From Alloascoidea hylecoeti (Eukaryota): a stretch of 64,000 bases of DNA. Positions 36,733-47,211 of this stretch are shown here, in pieces. The notes beneath the pieces are model-generated. The model was not told where the DNA came from, made no database searches, and was given only the letters and a program-made list of their open reading frames with translations. The first letter of the stretch is position 1. Each line of letters opens with the position of its first letter. Position numbers and translations under genes: made by a program. The stretch lies in NCBI GenBank assembly GCA_001600815.1, contig BCKZ01000015.1:558001-622000 (forward strand). Direction: 5' to 3'.

Positions 36733-37227
36733 GTAATTGTATTAAATTGGGACGAAAATAGAGAATGAATTTGTTACATGAGACTAATACAATTAGTGTT
36801 ATCTTGTCAAAATGCACTATAATATCTAGTTAATGGTCTATTGCTTGGCTAAGCTCACTGCATAATTATAAGCTCAAGATCTTTGCAATCGAAGAAGAGT
36901 TTATAAAGCATATATATATGATGTTATGAGGTAGAAAGAAGATGATATTGAAAGTAAACTAACTTATTAGTAATGTGGGATAATAGTGCAACATAGTATT
37001 GAACATACATGTACCATACATGTACCATACATGCATAATTAATAATTATATCTCTACGAATCATAGAACTGTAGACCAAATTTACGATATTGACAAATTT
37101 AAACTTAAATTCAACATTAGCACGTGACAAATACAACAGCCATACACCCATTATTATGTAATGAAATCCAATCATCGCACAGTTAAAATTTAAACGATTG
37201 AACCAAACTCCATTTATTTATAGTAAC

Positions 37228-37762
37228 ATGTCATCGCGAGCATTATCAGCATATCGAAATATTTTACGAGCCACTGCTACTGCTTTCAAAAGTAAGTTAA
37301 GAAGATATGAAGAAAAAATATAGATATGTGTTATTTTTGTGTGGAAAGAAAAGAAAGATTAGCATTCAAATATATGATATATTCATCTAACTTTTTCATT
37401 TCTAGATGATGTACCGGTTCTAGTCGGGGCACGAAAATCTATCAGAGAAGGTATTGATAAAGGAAAACTAGCCACAGATAAAGCAGAAATTGAAGAAAGG
37501 GTAAAAGATCTTAATGATATAGCATTATACCTTCGACAAAATATAGTACAAGGTGTAAAAGTTGGTGAAGAAAATAAATATAGTAAGTACGATTTATTCA
37601 TTGTTATTATCAAAAAAGGAAGGAGACTAACAAATAATTATAGGACTAAGTTTAAATAAAGATACAGAGCTTGGAGACAATGATTCTATTAAAAAACAAA
37701 AAGAACGGGATATGGGTACATTAGCAGGTGTTAAAGCGTCTAAATGCTGTTCATCACAATAA
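37228..37762 (+). CDS. MZM1: Mzm1/LYRM7 complex III assembly factor; introns 37292-37405 and 37583-37643
   Basis: Not in the track. Spliced product MSSRALSAYRNILRATATAFKNDVPVLVGAR..LRQNIVQG..YRLSLNKDTELGDNDSIK. Both introns are GTAAGT..CTAAC..TAG. Confidence 0.92.
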
Positions 37763-37863
37763 TAAAATGAATTAAATTAAATTAAATTAAATTGTATATA
37801 GTTATTTGTGATTGATTTTGATTTTGATGATATAAGTATAAGAATAATATATGATATATATAA

Positions 37864-39741
37864 TTATATGGGATTAATTTGTTCAAAAAGTTCATTTTCA
37901 ACAAGATCAATATTTTCACTATATTTTTGAGCAAGAATCATTTTATTTTCTTGAATTAAAATTTGTTTTGCTCTTAAACCATTCATAAAAGTCCAAATTA
38001 AATCATTTGCCTTTTTAGCATTTATATAACCAGCAATTGATAAATTTTCTTGATTTTTTAAATCAATATTTTGACAAGAACATAAATATAAAATAATTGA
38101 AGTTAATTGAGGAGATTTTATTGATAAATTTTTTAAATGATATTGTAAATAACTAAGTGTATTTCTTAGATCAATATCAGAATTTGAATAATATATTGAA
38201 GATAATAATTTCCAAGCTAATTGACAAGTTTCATTTTCATAAGTAAAAGTACCATTATGAAGATTAAATAAAGAATCTAATTCAGAATAAAGATCATTTC
38301 TTTCTTGAATTATTTGTTGTAATATAAGATTATGATTAAATTGTTGATAATTTGGTGGTATTGAAGATAAAACATCAATTTCACTTTCTATTATTAATAA
38401 AAGATTTAAAGCGGCTAATATTCTTAATTCAGTATTCGAAGTATGAAGATAATTACGCAATTTGAAATAATGATTTTTAGCTTCTTGAGTTCTGCCAGTT
38501 GAATGAAAGTTCAGAGCAGTCAAATATAAAGTTTGTGGAATAAACCATTGAAATTTTGAAGAAATATTTAAAGGTAGATTTCTCAATTCGGAAATTAAAT
38601 TATTATTAACATTATCATTAAAATTTGAGGTTAATAAGTTTAAATAAGATTGATAAAATAATAAAGTGAATTTAAAAGATCGTAACCGTACTTTTCTATC
38701 TTGGTCTTTATCTAAGGAACCTATAAGTCTTGTTGAAGAAAGTTCAGAATCAACAACTTTTAAACCTTGGGCAATGAATTTGTTTGCTTTTGAACGTTTA
38801 TCTATTGAAAACATACTAACAACCGCGGAGATTAGATAAGAAAAGATGAAGAATTCTGATTGGTTAAGCCATTGAAATTTCAAAGGAACGATGGCATTTT
38901 GACCATAAATATTAGCATTTAGATTTAGGATGACAGTTCCATTATCCAACCAATTTATCCAATTTCCCTGATCATCAATTAGCTGATTATCGATGAATTG
39001 GTGTAATTCAGACATTTTTGAGACGGCAGATTGCGTAGAGCCGTTACCCAGCAGAGCTAATAAATGGCACACGAGTTTGATTGCAGTCAAATTTGGAGTT
39101 GGTGGTGGAGGGAGTGTATCCAATTTTTGTAGCGTTGAGATGGCGGCCTGTGGCTGCAACAGAAGCAGATAGATCATGGCCTGCAGCAGCAGAGATAAAT
39201 ATAAAACATTTTGGTCGATGTCCATATCGGGGGTGTCGGAGATAGAAGAAAGGATGTTTAGGGCCTGATAAGGGTCGGACTGTTGGACGTTGGAGGCCAG
39301 CAGCATTTGGTACAGATGGATCCACGATAAGGAGCCGGCTCTCCCTGCCTCTTCGATGCACGTGGACAGGAAACGGGAGGCAGCTTTGGGGTTGGTGGCC
39401 TGGAGCAGCTGAGCCTCCAAATGGTACAGCACGAGCTTCAGCTCCTGGAGTCCGAACCGTTTGGCCACGGCGATGCCTCGGTTCAGGATGTCTGCGGCCC
39501 TCCCGAGGTTGGTCGTTTCGGCAAACAGCAGTTGTGCTAGCACCAAGCACGTGGATGCTTCCTGGTGGGGGGGCACTTGGTTGTGGCGCGACGACTGGTG
39601 CGACGCCAGCAGACACTTCACGGCCACGGCTATCAGCTTGCGGTAGCGGGCAGCACTCCCCGGGAGAGCCATGTCCAGGGCCCGTGCGGAGCCGATGTAC
39701 TCGTTAGCGGCCAGCAGCAGCACGGAATGGCGGTGGTTCAT
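37864..39741 (-). CDS. SCC4: Cohesin loader subunit Scc4/MAU2-like TPR protein
   Basis: N-terminal pattern LLLAANEYI..YRKLIAVAVKCL..PPHQEASTCLVLAQLLFAETTNLGRAADILNRGI, typical of fungal cohesin-loading factors. Confidence 0.75.
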   Translation of the reverse strand: MNHRHSVLLLAANEYIGSARALDMALPGSAARYRKLIAVAVKCLLASHQSSRHNQVPPHQEASTCLVLAQLLFAETTNLGRAADILNRGIAVAKRFGLQELKLVLYHLEAQLLQATNPKAASRFLSTCIEEAGRAGSLSWIHLYQMLLASNVQQSDPYQALNILSSISDTPDMDIDQNVLYLSLLLQAMIYLLLLQPQAAISTLQKLDTLPPPPTPNLTAIKLVCHLLALLGNGSTQSAVSKMSELHQFIDNQLIDDQGNWINWLDNGTVILNLNANIYGQNAIVPLKFQWLNQSEFFIFSYLISAVVSMFSIDKRSKANKFIAQGLKVVDSELSSTRLIGSLDKDQDRKVRLRSFKFTLLFYQSYLNLLTSNFNDNVNNNLISELRNLPLNISSKFQWFIPQTLYLTALNFHSTGRTQEAKNHYFKLRNYLHTSNTELRILAALNLLLIIESEIDVLSSIPPNYQQFNHNLILQQIIQERNDLYSELDSLFNLHNGTFTYENETCQLAWKLLSSIYYSNSDIDLRNTLSYLQYHLKNLSIKSPQLTSIILYLCSCQNIDLKNQENLSIAGYINAKKANDLIWTFMNGLRAKQILIQENKMILAQKYSENIDLVENELFEQINPI

Positions 39742-39890
39742 TTTCCATTCTCTCTCTGGGAGGGAGAAGAGGAAAGCAAACGGAGGGGTGTGTGGGTGTA
39801 GCTATTTAAGGTTTGGAATGCCACATCGCACGATTGCGGTTACCCGGCCGACCGCGGCCACTATATAAGAAGGCGCTCCCCCCGGTTTTC
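39140..39890. other. GC-rich peak over the SCC4 5' CDS and the SCC4/SPT15 divergent promoter
   Basis: 41/60 G+C at 39661-39720 versus 8/60 at 38041-38100 in the same gene. Contains Rap1-like GTGTGTGGGTGT (39788), Reb1-type TTACCCGG (39840) and TATATAAG (39862). Confidence 0.85.
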
Positions 39891-40039
39891 CCTTTTTTCG
39901 TTTTCTCGATTTGTGGTGTTACCCTGTCTTCCTTCACCTACGTTATTAAATATTAAAGAGTCGCATTCACTTGTCCCACTCTTTTGTTACCACCACTGTT
40001 AGTTATTGTTTTGTTATTACTAGTCTGTATAATATAATT

Positions 40040-40829
40040 ATGGAATCACTACGTCTACCCACTACTGCCGCACAAGCAAAGGCCTTTGTTGGCCCAAACT
40101 CCCTGTCATATGACATGAATCAAGCTAACCAGCGACCCGATGCCCCCATAAAATCTTCTCCCTCCCTAGAGTCGACTGATCAGAATGCTGATGCAGAGGC
40201 TGACGAAGATGCTTCTTCTGGAATCGTGCCTACACTTCAGTAAGTGTTGGCCTGTTCAATTTTTTTCTGATATTTTGTTTGTCTTGTTGATGATACTAAC
40301 TAAATCTAGAAATATCGTTGCCACAGTCAACTTGGAATGTAGGCTGGATCTGAAGACTATTGCCCTGCATGCAAGAAATGCTGAATATAATCCAAAACGT
40401 TTTGCTGCCGTCATAATGAGAATAAGAGAACCAAAAACAACTGCCCTTATCTTTGCTTCTGGTAAGATGGTTGTCACCGGTGCAAAATCTGAAGATAATT
40501 CAAAACTGGCCTCCAGAAAATATGCAAGAATTATTCAAAAACTTGGTTTTAATGCTAAATTTACCGATTTTAAAATTCAAAATATTGTTGGAAGTTGCGA
40601 CGTTAAATTTCCAATTAGATTGGAAGGTTTGGCTTTTTCTCACGGTCATTTCTCTTCTTATGAACCAGAGTTATTTCCGGGCTTAATTTATCGTATGATG
40701 GTGCCTAAAATTGTCCTTCTGATTTTTGTTTCTGGAAAAATCGTACTTACCGGTGCAAAGCAAAGGGAAGAAATTTATGCCGCTTTTGAAAAAATTTATC
40801 CTGTCTTAAGCGAATTTAGGAAATGTTGA
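40040..40829 (+). CDS. SPT15: TATA-binding protein; intron 40240-40309
   Basis: SGIVPTLQ | [42 protein letters not shown], joined by a GTAAGT..TACTAAC..TAG intron. Confidence 0.98.
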
Positions 40830-42436
40830 GCAAACAGTAATGCTCTTATATTTTTTTTAAAAACATTTCTTCCTATTTTCCTCCTCTTTACTCATTTACA
40901 ATATGTTAACTTACTATAATTATGAAGTAATGTTAATTTATTTATCTGCATCCCCATTATTATCCTCTATCAAAACTAGTACTAACACTAACAATATGAT
41001 CGATAAATTAAAATTTTATCTAATATAATTATGATATTGGGAGTACACCTTTTTGTTCATCATGATTTAACGCGAAATGGAATATCTATAAAGAGATTAT
41101 ATTAACAACCAAATTTTAAATCAAATCAAATTTAAATATAAATGGGTCTTTTTCGGTTTTATAAGTTTTTTTAATCTTTTTTTTTTTTTTCTTTAAATTT
41201 TTTTCTTTAAATTTTTAGTTGTTTTATTATATTATTCTATTATTTATTATTTTATATAATTTAAAACATTGATATTTGTTTTGTTTTGTATAATAGGTAT
41301 CTCATTTAACGAAACAAATTTAATGATAACAGATAATTTAAACCCTATATAATAGTAATATATAATAATCAACTAATATTTTAATATGAGCTTTATGTTT
41401 TCTTTTTAGGACATGAAAAGTTTTTAGAGATGATGCGGAAAAATTTTTATTCTTATTTTTAAACTTGTATCCGTACATTGTTAAATGATTGGCTGCACAA
41501 TCTTACATGCGTATGCATATTGATGATCTTAGACGCGATAAGCAAATTAATGTTAAACACAAGCAGATATCGCGATTGCGATATGTTATAAATCAATATT
41601 ATACCTACAGTTCCAATTGATATATTTATTTTTTTGACTAACCTTTCAATTGTGGTCTGCTTTATATAAGTTAATATATTGTTTCTATTGATGAACATAT
41701 TTCATGTCATGCTGTTTTTAATAATTTTGTCGTATGAATAGTTAGCTTTCAATTGTATTTGTTTTAAATAGGTACTACACTGTATACCTAGTTGTCACAA
41801 ATTCTATGTATGTAATGTTCATAAGCTCTAAAGCAAGCTTTCAAAAAAATTCAATTGTCAATTTGAATTCTTATTTATAATTTCTATATGACAATCACTA
41901 TATCGTTATGTATACCATTTATTCATAGTTATGATGCCAATCAGAATAATTAGGATACAGATTTACTGCTCCAGAATATAATACTGCGCAAAGTTTATAT
42001 ACATATATATTTAATTCATTCTTGGCAGAGATAGCCATTAATACCCATCATTATCATGATCTCCTGAAGATTTATCTTTTTATTGCAGAAGTTTTTCCAC
42101 TTTCTTTCTTCCATTTAAGTATAGCTAACTATTAAACGTTTGACATGGCATTTAAAAAACAAAGAAAGAAAATCGATCTATGGGACGCTTTTAGATGGAA
42201 AAGTCTTCTTAAGCTTGTTTTGTTTTATTTTTTTGGTGTGGTCCACTGCGGTATATATTAGGTTTCGTACCATCCTGGAAATGGCTCACATTTAAAAACT
42301 GGCGTCGGAAACTAACTTTAAGGTTTGGAGTTATGGAATCTGGAACCAAAAAAATATGAAATATATCTGCAAATATAATGATAAATCAATTTTATATCGA
42401 AGAATATAAATGTTTATGATTTAGAACAATCTCATA

Positions 42437-44041
42437 TCAAATAGCGAATTTTTCAAATACATTTGAAATACTTTTATATGCTTCCGATATAGGATCATCA
42501 CCTTCCGGTAGCTGGGCTCCCTTGTAGCCCGCATGATCAAAAATATCGTAGAAATATTTGTTAGTAACGCATTTGACATTGAACTCATCATCTAAGTACC
42601 AACTATCAATCTCTCTACTGTTTGAAGTTGCTATTGGGGAATGCTTACATTGAATAATTTCTCTTTTTAAATCAATTAAAATGTTGAAGGAAAAGCGTGA
42701 AGTACATTCATAAACAGCCATAATGAATCTTCCATTGTATGAATCTGATATTCGGCACATTTTACATTCAGCATTAGATATTCCGTAATCCGAAAAGTCA
42801 ATTAGATTTGTCCAATTAGTTATACATTGAATTTTCGCTTTAAAGTTCTTTTGGTTAATTGAATACTTATCCTGGGATAGGGCTTTTTGATTTAATTTTC
42901 CAATAATATCATGAATATTTTGGATCCATATTCCATTTACAGTGAAAAAGAAAATATGAGATTCATTAACGGAAATTTCATATCTCTTATCACTAGAGGA
43001 TACCAAAATTAATTGTAACATAATATCCCCTAGTTTAGTTCCATTGAATCTGTTTAATACAATAAGATACGTGCCATAAAACATGAAAACATAGGTATTA
43101 TTAATTGCAACTGAAGCCTTGGTATTTTCAGGTATTTCTTTCCAAGACCATTTAATATTGAAATCCTTGTCATAACAAGTTAGGCATGTGTCTGATGTTA
43201 TATAGCAGTAGCCATGATACACCACAATTGGATATTTGTATTTCAAATAATTTTCTAGAGTAAATCCAGTAAATTCTCCTGTTTTTTCAATTGTGGCATC
43301 TACTTCTTCACTCATTGTAATCCAGGAAATACTGTTGCTATTGCAAAATTCATGATATCCATAACTTCTATTATAGTTATTTGTGGCGTGAAATTTTATT
43401 GCGACTAGACCGTTTGAAATTCGTTTTTCTTTCCGAAATGTATCAGAGTCTTCAACAATTAAGTTTATTTCTTTTTTCAATGGTTCAGGATCTTGGCTTA
43501 TTGAATAGTTAAAGTAATAATGGCATTGTGTATGATCTTTATCAGTATATTCACCTTTCCTAACTAGAGTTATATAAGAATTTGAAGATTAAAGAAAACT
43601 TTGAACTCAAAGACAAATACGAATTTGGAGTTTTGAATTGTTTCTTTTGTGTGACTTCATCATAACTGATCTCTGGCCTAGTAATAATATCTTTGACAAA
43701 ATCAATTAAAAATGAGAAGGTACCTTTAATCAAATTTCTCTCAATAATTCTGGCAATATGCACTTTATCTTGATAGTACCTTAAACTATTATATGCGGAC
43801 GCATCTTTTTCAGGGCACTGATACATTTGTTCACCAAAAGAAAAAGCAGCTAAATCAAAAGATGAGTTGAATATGGAATAGAGAGTTTTACAAGTTCTTG
43901 ATAATATTGAGAATTGGTGAATTTGAGACGCTTGACTATTATTGTTAACACTAATAATTTCTAACAAAAGTTCAAGGGGAAGTGAAGTAAATTTATTAGT
44001 TTCTTTTTCCAAAACATCAGATTGTGACTTTTGTTGTTCAT
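42437..44041 (-). pseudogene. F-box protein with two apparent frameshifts (pseudogene or sequencing error)
   Basis: F-box motif FTSLPLELLLEII..LSRTCKTLYSI. The nearest ATG (44041) is out of frame across an A-run. ORFs 43560..44012 and 42437..43480 have overlapping open frames near 43590. Confidence 0.6.
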
Positions 44042-44288
44042 TTTTGTTTCTACCACGAGCAGAACTTGAAAGTGTAAAAATTTTGCGATCAGATTTATTT
44101 ATGATATGCGATTTGTAACTACTACCAAGGTATAAAGGCTTACTGGTAAAATGTTCAAATCAAATTAAAACCTCCTTGAAATAGAATGTAGCCGGGTAAA
44201 ACCTTAAGTGGGTAAGCTTTTTTGGATATCACTACAATCTTGTGCCTGGGTACTGAGTATTCCATAAAGACTTAAATGATTCTTGATT

Positions 44289-44670
44289 CTACTTGTAATA
44301 TTTAGTGTTGGGACCCTTAATCCCATGAACGGCTGTCACTCTGCAAGGGATGGAGTCAATCAGATTATCAATGATCCATTAATAATATATACTTCTTCAT
44401 TTATGGATGGCTCATAATCGTAACTCCTGAATTTTGTGGTGAACTTTTATGAGGAGATTCCACATGCATTCAATTGGATTCGGGTCCGGTGAAAAAAGCC
44501 AAAATTTGGTTTGCTGCCTTTCAATAAGTTATCCAGGACTTCTGATTCGAGGAGTAGATTTATTTATTGTGAACCACACAGTTGAGCAATATTTCGGGAA
44601 AGAAGTGGCCAATTGTCTTTTAGAATTATTGTCACCTGAAATATTGCTTAACGGAATTCTGGAAGTCATT
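44289..44670 (-). mobile_element. Tc1/mariner transposase relic, same family as 30970-31182
   Basis: ISGDNNSKRQ.., WLFSPDPNPIECMWNLLIKVH and IDNLIDSIPCRVTAVHGIKGPNTKY; alignable at DNA level with the other copy. Confidence 0.85.
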
Positions 44671-45128
44671 ATATAAAACATTAGTACTTTAACATTTGAT
44701 TATAACAAATACACAAAAGACATAAATTATAAAGAACTTTTTTTTACTGGTACTAGTACAAGTATTAGAGCAAATATACAAAGTAACAAGCTTTAAAATG
44801 AATGAATATAAAAATGAAAATGTATAAGATTTGAATTTAAAGAGTGAACAAAACCCCCATTTGCAATTGCAATTGCAATTCCAAATAAATAAAATAAAAA
44901 ATAAAAAATAAAAAATAAAAAATAAAAAATAAATAAAAAATAAAATGGATACTGTTAGTCAATAAATTTAAAACTAAATTTTAAACCAAAGGCACAAAAA
45001 TTATAAGACAACATAACAAAGATATAGTTAAAAGAATACCATGATCCTGATTTAGTTCAACTATTAACTGTAATATAAAAATATGGTCACTATCTTAAAA
45101 ATTTAGCATTTAATATATTTTTAATTCT

Positions 45129-46781
45129 TTATACATCAGCACCCTTTTTATAAGCCATTAATTGTTGCTCTAATTTTTTTCTTTCGGATTGTTCTTTTAT
45201 TAATTCTAGTTTGTGTTTTTTATTTAAATCAGAAACTAATTTTCTAAATTCATGTCTTAAAACCATTGCAGTTGTACTTGCAGAAGAAGGAGAAGGACAA
45301 TCAGAACTAACGCTTATAGTTGATAATGGGGTTGATGGTAATATACCTTCCATTAAAGAAGATGGAGAAGAAACACCAGATATTGTTGTACCATTTTGAA
45401 CATTTAAATGGTTTCCAAGATTATCCAATTCATTTTGTAATAATTTACTTTTTGTTTTTGATAATTGAGAACTTAAATTATCAATTTTTAAATGTAATTT
45501 ATTAACTTCAGATTCTGAATTTATAATTTGTTTTGTAACAATATTTAAATTTTCCATTGAATCATTTAATGCTTGTTCTAATTGATCACATTTTAATTTA
45601 TAATCAGATACAATTTTTTTATAATTTAAATGTTCATGATCGTATTGACGATGTAAATACTCATATTGTAATTGTAAAGATTTTATTTTTGATTGGAATT
45701 GTATTGAGGATAATGAATTTACTTCTAATTCTGATGAAGTATCTAATAATATTGAATGAATATGAGAAAAAGTTGATAATGTCTCAAAGTTAATTACTGA
45801 TCCAGATACTGTTGTTGTATGATCATTTTTTGATTTTGACTTTGATTTTGAAATTGGAGATGATAGAGCAGAAGAAGTAGTTGTATCATTATCTTCATTA
45901 TCTTCATTATCTTCATGAAAATCCGAAAAAGTTGAAGAAGTGTGTGAAGATAAATTAGAGTTTGTACTGTCTATGGTCATTCCAGTTGTTGTTCCAGGCG
46001 TTGAACCATTTAAATGCTGTACGAGCATATTTATCATTTGTTTGGTTTGTGTTATCGAATCCTTTGGAGTATCACTATAAATACTATCCATATTGACGTT
46101 TTTTGCTTCTAGTAATGTTTTTAAGTAAGTATCAACTGATTCTGGACCATTGATATCTAATAAATCAAACAAATTATGGTTATTATTACTAATATGATCG
46201 TTATTGGATAAAATTGGATCCGAACCCACTAAATTTGATTTTATAGAATAACCGATTATTAAGCATCCAATACAATGATTCAATAATTTATTATTTAATT
46301 TTTTTAATTTATCGGTATTTGTTTCGTATAAATGATCATTTAGTAAGGATTTAACTTCAGAATTTGAATATATTAAACAAGTAGAAGAGTTTTCCATTGG
46401 AACGGTACCATTTTGTATCTTTGTTGTTAAGAAAATGATTGAATCCTCTACTAAATTATGAATTAATATTAAAAGATTGAATTTTGATTTTATTTTTTGG
46501 ACATCTTTTGCAAATGACGGAGAGAGTTCTATTTTGAATTTAGATAGGTCTAAGCCAAACAGGTTCATATTATGTGAAGAATCGGAACATTTTTCAATGT
46601 CGTCGTTGTTGATGTTGTGGCCTAAATCTTTGGTATTTATGCCTAAGCCATGAGATTTTAAGGAGAATGGTGCCGTTTTTATGTATAGATCATTATTTGA
46701 GCCGGAGTTGTTTTGAGTCTGCCACGCCTGGAATGGAGAGGACGTCAGTTGAGTACTAACACTGTTTAATATTGATTCCAT
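45129..46781 (-). CDS. Coiled-coil protein, Uds1/Pea2-like
   Basis: 550-aa ORF. KLLNHCIGCL and the C-terminal TTAMVLRHEFRKLVSDL..KEQSERKKLE resemble Uds1-domain and Pea2-type proteins. Confidence 0.55.
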   Translation of the reverse strand: MESILNSVSTQLTSSPFQAWQTQNNSGSNNDLYIKTAPFSLKSHGLGINTKDLGHNINNDDIEKCSDSSHNMNLFGLDLSKFKIELSPSFAKDVQKIKSKFNLLILIHNLVEDSIIFLTTKIQNGTVPMENSSTCLIYSNSEVKSLLNDHLYETNTDKLKKLNNKLLNHCIGCLIIGYSIKSNLVGSDPILSNNDHISNNNHNLFDLLDINGPESVDTYLKTLLEAKNVNMDSIYSDTPKDSITQTKQMINMLVQHLNGSTPGTTTGMTIDSTNSNLSSHTSSTFSDFHEDNEDNEDNDTTTSSALSSPISKSKSKSKNDHTTTVSGSVINFETLSTFSHIHSILLDTSSELEVNSLSSIQFQSKIKSLQLQYEYLHRQYDHEHLNYKKIVSDYKLKCDQLEQALNDSMENLNIVTKQIINSESEVNKLHLKIDNLSSQLSKTKSKLLQNELDNLGNHLNVQNGTTISGVSSPSSLMEGILPSTPLSTISVSSDCPSPSSASTTAMVLRHEFRKLVSDLNKKHKLELIKEQSERKKLEQQLMAYKKGADV

Positions 46782-47211
46782 TTTATTCTGTAACTTTTAA
46801 CGGATGTAGCTGAGAGAACAGGGTTGAAAACAGGGTTAAGGACAGGTTTACAGATACGATAGAACCTAGAGGGGCGGAGTGAGCCAAACTTGCGGAACAA
46901 AACTGGGACGGAAGTTGGTGAAGATGAGGCGAAGGAGGTTGAGAAAAGAAAGGAAAAGAGTGAAATGAAATGGAAAAGGAGTGAAAATAAAGATGGAATG
47001 GAATCGTAAAACGTTAAACCAATTAGGTTCACAATGAAAATGGGGCTAACCTTTAGTCAGCGCTGACTCAGTCGTTAAGCAGGCGTTGATCACGTGTAGA
47101 AGGCGGGTCATTCTGCACATCTTTCGTACTGTGCCAAACTGAACATACTCTGCATGTGCCAAAGATTACTACTATATTTATGTTTATATTCTATAGTGTA
47201 TAACGATCTAT

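Noticed and set aside
22526..39741. Haspin and SCC4 (both cohesion/centromere proteins) flanking the block as a functional cluster
   Set aside because: Probably coincidental; nothing in the sequence supports co-regulation.
39044..39868. Several ORFs overlapping SCC4
   Set aside because: Shadow or alternative-frame ORFs in GC-rich DNA.
41140..41460. Intron-acceptor-like and RRPE-like signals suggesting a hidden gene or snoRNA host
   Set aside because: Could not assemble an ORF or box C/D or H/ACA structure in this very AT-rich DNA.
30970..44670. Inverted Tc1 relics as a flip/flop mating-type switching repeat
   Set aside because: Known switching repeats are long and near-identical. These are short, clearly diverged, and enclose neither STE3 nor MAT genes.
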